Below, piece after piece: positions 22,901 to 30,924 of a DNA stretch of 32,000 nt. A program made the position numbers and the translations under genes. The stretch's first letter is position 1. The number at the start of each line of letters is the position of its first letter. The stretch lies in NCBI RefSeq assembly GCF_003324675.1, contig NZ_CP030918.1:2070001-2102000 (forward strand). Reading direction: 5' to 3'. Origin of the DNA: Paracoccus suum (lineage in GTDB: Bacteria > Pseudomonadota > Alphaproteobacteria > Rhodobacterales > Rhodobacteraceae). The notes beneath the pieces are model-generated. The model was not told the DNA's origin. It saw only the letters and a list, made by a program, of their open reading frames with translations, and searched no databases.

Positions 22901-22936
22901 CGGGCGGCCGCATCAGCGCGCCGCCCGATTTTGTTG
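22901..22936. terminator. Bidirectional terminator between convergent yeeE-like and metK genes
   Basis: CGGGCGGC (22901-22908) pairs with GCCGCCCG (22920-22927). ATTTTGTTG follows on the plus strand, and GTTGCTTTTG follows on the minus strand. Confidence 0.5.
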
Positions 22937-24103
22937 TCAGACCGCTTTTTTCAGCGCCTCGGTCAGGTCCGTACGCTCCCAACTGAAGCCGCCATCGGCC
23001 TCGGGGGCGCGGCCGAAGTGGCCATAGGCGGCTGTGCGGCGGTAGATTGGCCGGTTGAGTTGCAAAGTGTTGCGGATGCCGCGCGGGGTCAGGTCCATGA
23101 CCTCGGCGATGGCCCGCTCGATCTCGGCCTCCGGGACCGCGCCCGTTCCGAAGGTGTCGGCATAGATCGACAGCGGCCGGGCAACGCCGATGGCGTAGCT
23201 GAGCTGGATCACGCAGCGCCGGGCGAGACCGGCGGCGACGACGTTCTTGGCCAGGTAGCGCGCCGCATAGGCGGCACTGCGGTCCACCTTGGTCGGATCC
23301 TTCCCGCTGAAGGCGCCGCCGCCATGCGGGGCAGCGCCGCCATAGGTATCGACGATGATCTTTCGTCCGGTCAGGCCGGCGTCACCGTCCGGCCCGCCAA
23401 TGACAAAGGTGCCGGTCGGGTTGATGTGCCATTCGGTCGCCTCGGTCAGCCAGCTTTCGGGCAGAACTTCGCGGACATAGGGCTCGACGATGGCGCGAAT
23501 GTCGGCGCTGGTCTGGGCCGGGTCCTTGTGCTGGTGGCTGACGACGATCTGCGAGACCTCGACCGGGCGGCCGTCCTCATAGCGCAGGGAGAGTTGCGAC
23601 TTGGCGTCGGGACCCAGGCTCGGTTCGGCCCCGCTGCGGCGTGCCTCGGCGAGGCGGCGCAGGATGGCGTGGGAATAGAGGATCGGCGCGGGCATAAGCT
23701 CGGGCGTCTCATCGATGGCATAGCCGAACATGATGCCCTGGTCACCCGCGCCGTCACGGTCCACGCCCTGAGCAATGTGCGCCGACTGTTCATGCAGAAA
23801 GTTCAGCACTTTGCAGCTGTTCCAGTGGAACCGCTCCTGCTCGTATCCGATGTCTCGGATCACCCCGCGGGCGATTTCCGGGATATGATCGTTGAACTTG
23901 CTGAGGCGTCCGGGATCGCTGAGGCCGATCTCGCCGCCGACCACCACCAGGTCCGAGGTTGCAAAGGTCTCGCAGGCGACTCGGGCGCCTTCCTCTTCGG
24001 CCAGCAGCGCATCAAGGACCGCGTCCGAGATCTGGTCGCACAACTTGTCCGGATGCCCCTCGGAGACCGATTCCGAGGTGAACACGTAATTCTGTCTGGC
24101 CAT
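22937..24103 (-). CDS. metK: S-adenosylmethionine synthetase
   Basis: [51 protein letters not shown], and other MetK motifs along the full length. The start was set at ATG 24103, which sits 7 nt after the GGAG of the riboswitch. The track's ATG at 24115 lies inside the aptamer. Confidence 0.95.
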   Translation of the reverse strand: MARQNYVFTSESVSEGHPDKLCDQISDAVLDALLAEEEGARVACETFATSDLVVVGGEIGLSDPGRLSKFNDHIPEIARGVIRDIGYEQERFHWNSCKVLNFLHEQSAHIAQGVDRDGAGDQGIMFGYAIDETPELMPAPILYSHAILRRLAEARRSGAEPSLGPDAKSQLSLRYEDGRPVEVSQIVVSHQHKDPAQTSADIRAIVEPYVREVLPESWLTEATEWHINPTGTFVIGGPDGDAGLTGRKIIVDTYGGAAPHGGGAFSGKDPTKVDRSAAYAARYLAKNVVAAGLARRCVIQLSYAIGVARPLSIYADTFGTGAVPEAEIERAIAEVMDLTPRGIRNTLQLNRPIYRRTAAYGHFGRAPEADGGFSWERTDLTEALKKAV

Positions 24104-24107
24104 GAGA

Positions 24108-24152
24108 TGCTCCATTAGATGACCCCGTCACGCCAGGAAGCCGTTGTGACGG
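24108..24152 (-). promoter_or_regulatory. SAM/SAH riboswitch (Rfam RF01727 class) in the metK leader
   Basis: The minus-strand RNA reads CCGUCAC-AACGGCUUCCUGGC-GUGACGG-GGUCAUCUAAU-GGAGCA-UCUC-AUG. There is a 7-bp P1 stem, and the loop core CACAACGGCUUCCUG(G/A)CGUG matches my recollection of the SAM/SAH consensus. The 3' GGAGC (the SD) can pair with GCUUC in the loop to form an H-type pseudoknot. Confidence 0.75.
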
Positions 24153-24162
24153 TCGGCAAGAC

Positions 24163-25704
24163 TTAGGGGTCAGCGCGGCGGGCGTCAATGCGGCGCAATG
24201 GGCGCCGCGACGCTGTGATTGCCGCAGCCAGGACGATCAGCGCGAAAAGGACCGCGGGCAGGTTTCCCCAGGCCAGCCACAAGGTCGGCGGCAGCGGCGC
24301 CGGCAGGCGCGCGTCTATCCGCCCCTGCTCTCCCAGATCAAGCCGCGCGGTCAGCCGTCCCATCGGGTCGATGGCCGCGCTGACCCCGGTATTGGCCGCG
24401 CGCATGACCGGCAGGCCGGTCTCGATAGCGCGCAGGCGGGCCTGCGCCAGATGCTGCCATGGCCCCGAGAACTTGCCGAACCAGGCGTCGTTGGTGACCT
24501 GCAGCAGCCATTGCGGGCGCTGCGGCACCTCGCGCAGGTGCTGGGGAAAGACTGCCTCGTAGCAGATCAGCGGCTGGAACGGTGGCAGCCCGGGGATATG
24601 CATCACCTGCGGACCCGGACCGGGCGTGTAGCCAAAGCCCGCCTGCGCCGCGAAAGCGCGGATACCGAACCGGGCGAGGGCATCGCCGCCGGGGATATAT
24701 TCGCCGAACGGGACCAGGTGGAACTTGTCATATGCCGCGCCGACCGTGCCCTGCGGCGTGATCTCGACGAGGCTGTTGAACCAGCGCGGCCCCTCGGCCC
24801 GCTGGATGCCCGTCAGCAGCGGCGCGCCGCCGGCCGCCTCGGCCATCTGGGGCAGCGCGGGGCCGGCGTCGTTGAGCAGAAAGCTGACCGCGGTTTCGGG
24901 CCAGATGACGGCATCGGGGCGGCGCCCCTCGGACGTAGGGCCTTGGGACAGGGTGATGAGGCGGCGATAGAATTCGGCCGCCCAGTCGGCGTCCCACTTC
25001 AGCGCCTGATCGGCATCGGGCTGGACCAGCCGGATCGTCAGGCCGGTGTCGGCGGCGGACGCGCGATGCAGCCGTGCCTCGCCCGCGATCCAGGCAAGGG
25101 CAAAGAGGGCCAGCGCCAGCGTGATGCCGAGCCAACCCTGGCGGCGGGTGCGCAGCGCGAAGGGTAGCGTGGCCAGTGTCAGGGTCAGGGCCGTCAGTCC
25201 GAGCTGGCCGCCTATGGCGGCGAGTTGCGCAACCGGGCTGCCGAGCCAGGCCTGTCCCGGCTGTGCCCATGGAAAACCGGTGAATATAAAGCCGCGCAGC
25301 CATTCGGACAGCAGCACAGTGGCCGCCATCGCCGCGGCGCGAGGGAGCGGGCGGGGTCCGGGAACCAGACGGGCGGCGAGCCACAGGGGAGCAGCCCAGA
25401 ACAACCCGCCGCCGAGGGCCATCAGGACCAGTGCGAACGGCGCCATCCAGCCGGTCACCTGCGGCTCGACCAGGAAGGGGTCCACGATCCACGACAGCGC
25501 CGCGCCGAAATACCCGGCGCCGAGCAACAGGCCAAATATGCCCGCAGCGCGCGCGGTCGGAGCCTGCGCAGCAATCGCCAGGCCGAGCGCGAGCGCAATC
25601 GGCGTCGCGGGCCAGAAACTGAACGGCGCAAAGCCGAGCGAGGCCACCGCACCGATGGCGACCGGTGCAGCCACGGCGAGCGCGCGTTGACGTCGGCTCA
25701 TCAT
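24163..25704 (-). CDS. lnt: Apolipoprotein N-acyltransferase
   Basis: An N-terminal polytopic membrane domain followed by a nitrilase-fold domain with VIWPETA and PLICYEAVFP (catalytic Cys) motifs. Length is 513 aa. Confidence 0.92.
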   Translation of the reverse strand: MMSRRQRALAVAAPVAIGAVASLGFAPFSFWPATPIALALGLAIAAQAPTARAAGIFGLLLGAGYFGAALSWIVDPFLVEPQVTGWMAPFALVLMALGGGLFWAAPLWLAARLVPGPRPLPRAAAMAATVLLSEWLRGFIFTGFPWAQPGQAWLGSPVAQLAAIGGQLGLTALTLTLATLPFALRTRRQGWLGITLALALFALAWIAGEARLHRASAADTGLTIRLVQPDADQALKWDADWAAEFYRRLITLSQGPTSEGRRPDAVIWPETAVSFLLNDAGPALPQMAEAAGGAPLLTGIQRAEGPRWFNSLVEITPQGTVGAAYDKFHLVPFGEYIPGGDALARFGIRAFAAQAGFGYTPGPGPQVMHIPGLPPFQPLICYEAVFPQHLREVPQRPQWLLQVTNDAWFGKFSGPWQHLAQARLRAIETGLPVMRAANTGVSAAIDPMGRLTARLDLGEQGRIDARLPAPLPPTLWLAWGNLPAVLFALIVLAAAITASRRPLRRIDARRADP

Positions 25705-25818
25705 GCGGTGCGGGGCTGGGGGTCACCAACCCCCGGGCGGGAAGCGCGTTTTGCGAAGGAAGCCGAGGTCAGAGTGCGCGCCGGCGGCAGATTTCGTCCG
25801 GCGCGCATCAGGCAGGGC

Positions 25819-28185
25819 TCAGGCGTCGCGCTCGGCGGCGGGGGCGGGCGCGGCGTCGGCCGCGGGCACGGCTTCGAGGGTTTTGGCGCGGGGTTTGCGA
25901 GTCCGGGCGGGTTTGGCCGCGGCCGGCTCGGCCGCTGTCGCGACCGAAGTTCCTTCCGGAGGCGCGTCGGCTGCCGTTGCCTTGGGCTTGCGCGTGCGCT
26001 TCGGCTTGGCCGGAGCCTCCGCTGCCGCAGCAGCATTTGCCTCGGGCGCGGCCTCGGCGGCAGCTTTGGGCTTGCGCGTCCGGGTTCGCTTGACCGGGGT
26101 CGCAACCTCGGCGGCGACCGGGGCGACGGTCTGCGGATCGGGGTCAAGGACGACCTCGACGCTCGGCGCGGTCTCGTCGAGGACCGGCTCGCTGACCGGC
26201 TCGACGGTGGTTTCCGGCAGAGCCACGGTTTCCAGCGACGGCGCAGCGTCAGGCAAGGCGGCCTCGGGCGCGGCCAGCGCCTCGGGGATCACAGCCTCCG
26301 GGACGGCCGACTCGCCGCCAGCAGCCTCGGGGACGGCGGCTTCAGTCACGGCCTCCCGGGCACGATCTTCCCCGCGATTGCGGCCCCGGCCGCGGCGCGA
26401 GCGGCCCCGTTTTTCATCGCGGCGCTCTTCACGCGGCTCGCGCTCGACCTTGGGGTTTGGTTCGACCGCGGCTTCGGCCGAGCCGGTGTCGGGCGCGGGC
26501 GAGGTGCGAAAGCTGCGGGTCATGAAATCGGGCACGTGATCGCCCAGTCCGACGATACCGTTGCGGCGGTCGTCCCCGTTGCGGCGGTCGTCGCGACGTC
26601 CGTTGCGATCATCGCGGTCGCGGCGAGGTTCGTCACGACGCTCGTCGCGGCGTTCGCCATGATGCTGGGACCGGGGCTCGTCGCGACGCTCGCTGCGGTG
26701 GTCGTCCCGGCGCTCGCTGCGCGCCTCGGACCGCGGCTCACGGCGGTCGCCTTGGCGGCCATTCTGGCGCTCGCCCCCGCGTGGCTCGGATTTTGCGGCG
26801 GCCGCGACGTCGGTATGAGCAACAGCCGGGGCAACTCCGTTCGCGACCGGCGCCGGCTCGACCGCGGCGAGCGTGACGGCGGGAACCTCCAGCGGCTGGG
26901 TGCCGGCCGAACGTTCGATCAACTCGTCCTTGCCGCGTGGTCCGCGGCCGCGGTCGGCAGGTTTGCGACCCGATCGGCTGGAGCGGTCCTCGCGCGGCGC
27001 GCGGGGTGCCTCGCGCGAGGCATCGCTGATCGCAAAGCCCTCGGGAACCTGCACGCGGGGCAGCGTCGATTTCACCAGGTTTTCGATCGCGGCCAGATAC
27101 TTGTCGTCTGACGGAACGGCCAGCGAAATCGCGGTGCCCTGACGGCCGGCGCGGCCGGTGCGGCCGATGCGGTGGACGTAGTCCTCGGCATGGCTCGGCA
27201 GGTCGAAGTTGAAAACATGGCTGACGGCCGGGATATCCAGGCCGCGCGCGGCGACATCCGATGCGACCAGGAAGCGCAGCGTGCCTTCACGAAAGCCATC
27301 GAGCGTGCGCATGCGCTGCGCCTGTTCGAGATCGCCATGGATCGGGGCGGCGTCAAAGCCATGCGCTTTCAGCGACTTGGCGACGATGTCGACCTCGGTC
27401 TTGCGGTTGCAGAAAATGATCGCGTTTTTCAGCGCCTCGCCTTCGGCATTGATTACGGCGCGCAGCAACTCGCGCTTTTGCTTGGCCGACTGATCCTTGC
27501 GGGTGGGCGTGATCTCGATCAGCTTCTGGGTGATCGTCTCGGAGGCGGTGGCCTGGCGCGCGACCTCGATCCGCTCGGGAGCGTGCAGGAAGGTGTCGGT
27601 GATGCGCTCGATCTCTGGCGCCATTGTGGCGCTGAAGAACAGCGTCTGGCGGGTGAACGGCGTCAGCTGGAAGATGCGCTCGATGTCGGGGATGAAGCCC
27701 ATGTCGAGCATGCGGTCGGCCTCGTCCACGACCATGATCTGGACGCCCTGCAGCAGCAGGTTTCCGCGTTCGAAATGGTCCAGCAGGCGCCCGGGGGTGG
27801 CGATCAGAACGTCGACGCCGCGGTTGATCAGCATCTCCTGATCGCGCATCGAGACACCGCCGATCAGCAGCGCCTTGGTCAGGCGGGTGTGCTTGGCATA
27901 GATGTCAAAGTTCTCGGCCACCTGCGCGGCCAGCTCGCGCGTGGGACACAGCACCAAGCTGCGCGGCATCCGCGCGCGCGCGCGGCCGCGGCCGAGCAGG
28001 GTGATCATCGGCAGCGTAAAGCTGGCGGTCTTGCCGGTGCCGGTCTGCGCGATCCCGAGCACGTCCCGTCCTTCCAGCGCCGGCGGGATGGCGCCCGCCT
28101 GGATCGGCGTTGGTGTGGTATAGCCGGCCTCGGTGATGGCCTGCAGAACCTTGGGGTCGAGCTTCAGGTCGGAAAATTGGGTCAT
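25819..28185 (-). CDS. rhlE: DEAD-box ATP-dependent RNA helicase (RhlE-like core) with a ~400-aa low-complexity C-terminal extension
   Basis: Q-motif TPTPIQ, motif I AQTGTGKT, motif II VVDEADRMLDMGF, SAT, HRIGRTGRAG. The N-terminus closely resembles E. coli RhlE as I recall it. The tail contains an RD/RE-rich block and three (K/A)RTRKP(K/R) motifs. Confidence 0.93.
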   Translation of the reverse strand: MTQFSDLKLDPKVLQAITEAGYTTPTPIQAGAIPPALEGRDVLGIAQTGTGKTASFTLPMITLLGRGRARARMPRSLVLCPTRELAAQVAENFDIYAKHTRLTKALLIGGVSMRDQEMLINRGVDVLIATPGRLLDHFERGNLLLQGVQIMVVDEADRMLDMGFIPDIERIFQLTPFTRQTLFFSATMAPEIERITDTFLHAPERIEVARQATASETITQKLIEITPTRKDQSAKQKRELLRAVINAEGEALKNAIIFCNRKTEVDIVAKSLKAHGFDAAPIHGDLEQAQRMRTLDGFREGTLRFLVASDVAARGLDIPAVSHVFNFDLPSHAEDYVHRIGRTGRAGRQGTAISLAVPSDDKYLAAIENLVKSTLPRVQVPEGFAISDASREAPRAPREDRSSRSGRKPADRGRGPRGKDELIERSAGTQPLEVPAVTLAAVEPAPVANGVAPAVAHTDVAAAAKSEPRGGERQNGRQGDRREPRSEARSERRDDHRSERRDEPRSQHHGERRDERRDEPRRDRDDRNGRRDDRRNGDDRRNGIVGLGDHVPDFMTRSFRTSPAPDTGSAEAAVEPNPKVEREPREERRDEKRGRSRRGRGRNRGEDRAREAVTEAAVPEAAGGESAVPEAVIPEALAAPEAALPDAAPSLETVALPETTVEPVSEPVLDETAPSVEVVLDPDPQTVAPVAAEVATPVKRTRTRKPKAAAEAAPEANAAAAAEAPAKPKRTRKPKATAADAPPEGTSVATAAEPAAAKPARTRKPRAKTLEAVPAADAAPAPAAERDA
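25891..26094 (-). repeat. Three dispersed ~28-nt direct repeats, 84-92 bp apart, encoding the KPKRTRKPK-type motifs of the helicase tail
   Basis: Plus-strand copies read ggggtttgcgagtccgggcgggtttggc (25891), tgggcttgcgcgtgcgcttcggcttggc (25983) and ttgggcttgcgcgtccgggttcgcttgac (26066). Confidence 0.7.
26560..26592 (-). repeat. 18-nt tandem duplication (gttgcggcggtcgtc core) encoding DDRRNG-DDRRNG within the Arg/Asp-rich block of the helicase (block spans ~26560-26765)
   Basis: Read directly from the sequence. The copies are at 26560-26574 and 26578-26592. Confidence 0.8.
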
Positions 28186-28363
28186 TCAAGGGCTTTCGAT
28201 CGGTCAGGAGGCGTCCGTGGCGACCGTGCCGCGGCAATGCCGCGAGGCCACCTGTCGGGACGCTTGATCCGCACGTCCCTTGGCTGTCCGCCGGATGCGG
28301 ACGCACGGCCATTAGGCGAAATGGCGCCCCGCGTCAATCCGACTCGGGTTGTCGGGGCATGGG

Positions 28364-29575
28364 TCAGGCCGAGGCGGCTGCTGCTAAGGGCCGGGAATTG
28401 AGGCTGTCTCCATGGGCTGCAACGCGTCGGCACGCCTCTGCCAGGCGATCATCAGGCACTGTCAGCGACAGCCGGACAAAGCCCGCAGCCTGCGCGCCAA
28501 AGGCGTTACCAGGCATGACCGCGACCGACTGCGCATCCAGCAGCGTTTCGGCAAAGCCGAGGCCGTCAAGGCCGGTGCCGCGCACGTCGAGCATCAGGAA
28601 CATGCCCGCCTGCGGCAGCATCGCCTTCAGCCCCGGCGCTGCGGCCAGAATATCCGCCGCCAGTGTCGCCCGGCGGAGGTAATCGCCGCGCAGCGCCGCT
28701 GCGGTCGGCGAGGGTTGGCGCAGAGCATGCGTGGTCGCGTCGGCGATGAAGGGCTGGTTGCCAAAAAACATCATCTCGACCAGCGGCTGCACGCGCGTGC
28801 AGAAGGCCGCCGGCCCGGCGATCCAGCCGCTGCGAAAGCCTGGCACCGCCTCGCTTTTCGAGATCGAGCTGACGACGACGGTCCGCTCGGCATGTTCCGC
28901 CATGTCGAAGGGAGAGGCGAAAGCGGACTCGGCGTCAAAGATGAGCGCTTCATAGACCTCGTCGCTGACGATCCACAGATCGTAACGGGCGCAGACTTCG
29001 GCGACCGCTGCGACCTCTGCCGCGGTCAGAACGGTGCCAGTCGGGTTGTGGGGGTTGTTCAGCAGCAGGACGCGTGTCGCCGGCGTGATCGCCGCCTCGA
29101 GCGCGGCGGGCGTCAGGCGAAAGCCGTCCTCGGCCAACATCGGGACCGGGCGCAAGCTGGCGCCGGAGGCCGCAATCACCCCCTCATAGGTGGCGTAATA
29201 GGGATCGGGCAGGGCGACCTCGGTCCCCGGTCCGGCCAGCGCGGCAATAGTCGAAAAGAGGGCGGCCTGGGTGCCCGGCACGGCAAGGATATTGTCGCGG
29301 GCGACCACCCGGCCGCTGCGAGCGGTGTATTTCTCGGCCAGCGCGTCGCGAAGTGCCGGTTCCCCGCGGCCATCGGAATAGCGGATGCGGCCGGCGGCCA
29401 GCGCGTCGGTCAGTGCACCGAGGATCGACGGGTCGGGGGCGCGATCCGGCTCGCCTATGGTCAACTCGATGATCTCGCGCCCAGCGGCGGCCAGCGCGCG
29501 GGCGCGGAAATGGACCGCCCATTTTTCGGCGCCAAGGCCCTGCAGGCGGTTCACGGTATCGGAAAAGGGTAGCAT
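28364..29575 (-). CDS. Pyridoxal-phosphate-dependent aminotransferase, class I/II (aspartate/aromatic aminotransferase-like)
   Basis: LLLNNPHNPTGTV, SDEVY, and SSISKSEAVPGFRSGW (PLP-lysine motif SxSK). AGGA lies 9 nt upstream of ATG 29575. Confidence 0.88.
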   Translation of the reverse strand: MLPFSDTVNRLQGLGAEKWAVHFRARALAAAGREIIELTIGEPDRAPDPSILGALTDALAAGRIRYSDGRGEPALRDALAEKYTARSGRVVARDNILAVPGTQAALFSTIAALAGPGTEVALPDPYYATYEGVIAASGASLRPVPMLAEDGFRLTPAALEAAITPATRVLLLNNPHNPTGTVLTAAEVAAVAEVCARYDLWIVSDEVYEALIFDAESAFASPFDMAEHAERTVVVSSISKSEAVPGFRSGWIAGPAAFCTRVQPLVEMMFFGNQPFIADATTHALRQPSPTAAALRGDYLRRATLAADILAAAPGLKAMLPQAGMFLMLDVRGTGLDGLGFAETLLDAQSVAVMPGNAFGAQAAGFVRLSLTVPDDRLAEACRRVAAHGDSLNSRPLAAAASA

Positions 29576-29809
29576 GGCGCGAATCCTGTCAGGTGTGGTC
29601 GGTGCAGAGCCGGTCGTACGGACAAGCTGGGGTCAGTCGAATGGTGCATGTCGCGGGCGGCCCAGCCGTAGCCGGGGAGGGGAGGCAATGTAAACGCGGA
29701 GCGCGTTCGGCAGGCGTGCGCCCCTCCGGACCCCGTTAGCGCAACCGGCGTTGCCGCTGGGGGGCGAGCCGGGTAGGCAGGCGCCAACGTCCGCACGAGA
29801 GGTTCTGCC

Positions 29810-30736
29810 ATGAAAATGACCGATGAAGTCCGACGCATTCTCAGCAATTACGAGGGCGACAACCCCGGTGTGAAAGGCAACCTCGCCCGCATGCTGATGC
29901 AAGGCAAGCTTGGCGGCACCGGCAAGATGGTCATCCTGCCGGTCGACCAGGGGTTCGAGCACGGCCCGGCGCGCAGCTTTGCCAAGAACCCGCTCGGCTA
30001 TGACCCCCACTACCATTACCAGCTGGCGATCGACGCGGGGCTGAACGCCTATGCGGCCCCGCTGGGGATGCTCGAAGCGGGGGCCGATACCTTTGCCGGC
30101 CAGATCCCGACAATCCTAAAGTGCAACAGCGCCAACAGCCTGATGAGCGACACCGCCGGCAAGAACCAGGCGGTGACCGGCACGGTCGACGACGCCCTGC
30201 GCCTCGGCTGCGCGGCCATCGGCTTTACCATCTACCCGGGCAGCGACATGGCCCTCGACATGTTCGAGGAGATCAGCCAGATGCGCGCCGAGGCTGCCGC
30301 GGTCGGCATCCCGACCGTGATCTGGTCCTACCCGCGCGGTGAGGCGATCAGCAAGGACGGCGAGACCGCGATCGACATCGCGGCCTATGCCGCGCAGATC
30401 GCGGCGCTGCTGGGCGCGCATATCATCAAGATCAAGCTGTCGACAGACGTTCTGGAGAACAAGGACGCCAAGAAGGTCTATCAGGAGCAGGGGATCGACA
30501 TTTCGACCCAGGCGGCACGGGTGCGGCACTGCATGCAGGCAGCCTTTGGCGGCCGGCGCATCGTGGTGTTCTCGGGCGGCGCGGCCAAGGGCGAGGATGC
30601 GGTCTACGAGGACGCCCGGGCGATCCGCGACGGCGGCGGCAACGGCAGCATTATCGGCCGCAACAGCTTCCAGCGCTCGCGCGAGGATGCGCTGGCCATG
30701 CTGGGCAAGCTGGTCGAGATCTATCAGGGCGCCTGA
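29810..30736 (+). CDS. fbaB: Class I fructose-bisphosphate aldolase (DhnA/FbaB, DeoC/LacD aldolase family)
   Basis: GTGKMVILPVDQGFEHGP and KNPLGYDP match my recollection of E. coli FbaB (GTGYLSILPVDQGVEHS, ANPLYFDP). The Schiff-base region reads IIKIKLS. RBS GAGAGG lies 7 nt upstream. Confidence 0.88.
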   Translation: MKMTDEVRRILSNYEGDNPGVKGNLARMLMQGKLGGTGKMVILPVDQGFEHGPARSFAKNPLGYDPHYHYQLAIDAGLNAYAAPLGMLEAGADTFAGQIPTILKCNSANSLMSDTAGKNQAVTGTVDDALRLGCAAIGFTIYPGSDMALDMFEEISQMRAEAAAVGIPTVIWSYPRGEAISKDGETAIDIAAYAAQIAALLGAHIIKIKLSTDVLENKDAKKVYQEQGIDISTQAARVRHCMQAAFGGRRIVVFSGGAAKGEDAVYEDARAIRDGGGNGSIIGRNSFQRSREDALAMLGKLVEIYQGA

Positions 30737-30760
30737 AAAGCCCGACCTTGAAAGCGACTG

Positions 30761-30789
30761 CGGCGTCCTTCGGGGCGCCGTTTTCATTT
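30761..30789 (+). terminator. Rho-independent terminator of the aldolase gene
   Basis: CGGCGUCC-UUCG-GGGCGCCG (8 bp including one G-U pair, UUCG tetraloop), followed by UUUUCAUUU. Confidence 0.7.
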
Positions 30790-30865
30790 GCCGGGAGGCC
30801 GGTTGCCGTCGGATGCCACGGCAAAAGCTGGGAGCGCGGCGGTCGGGTGCATCCTCCGCCTGGTC

Positions 30866-30902
30866 AAAAAAAACGGCGCCATGATGTGATGGCGCCGTTT
30901 TA
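30866..30902. terminator. Bidirectional rho-independent terminator (serves the minus-strand carboxypeptidase gene; also competent on the plus strand)
   Basis: An 11-bp perfect stem AACGGCGCCAT (30872-30882) / ATGGCGCCGTT (30889-30899). It is flanked by A8 upstream and TTTTAATT downstream. Confidence 0.75.
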
Positions 30903-30924
30903 ATTCGATCCAGTCAATCTGCCG

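Noticed and set aside
22706-24118. 470-aa plus-strand ORF opposite metK
   Set aside because: metK identity on the minus strand is unequivocal.
25225-27111. 628-aa plus-strand ORF spanning the lnt start and the helicase tail
   Set aside because: It is antisense to two well-supported genes. The translation is low-complexity Arg/Gly, and there is no RBS or motif support.
27172-29572. Plus-strand ORFs (409 and 386 aa) opposite the helicase and the aminotransferase
   Set aside because: These are antisense artefacts. The DEAD-box and PLP-lysine motifs are on the minus strand.
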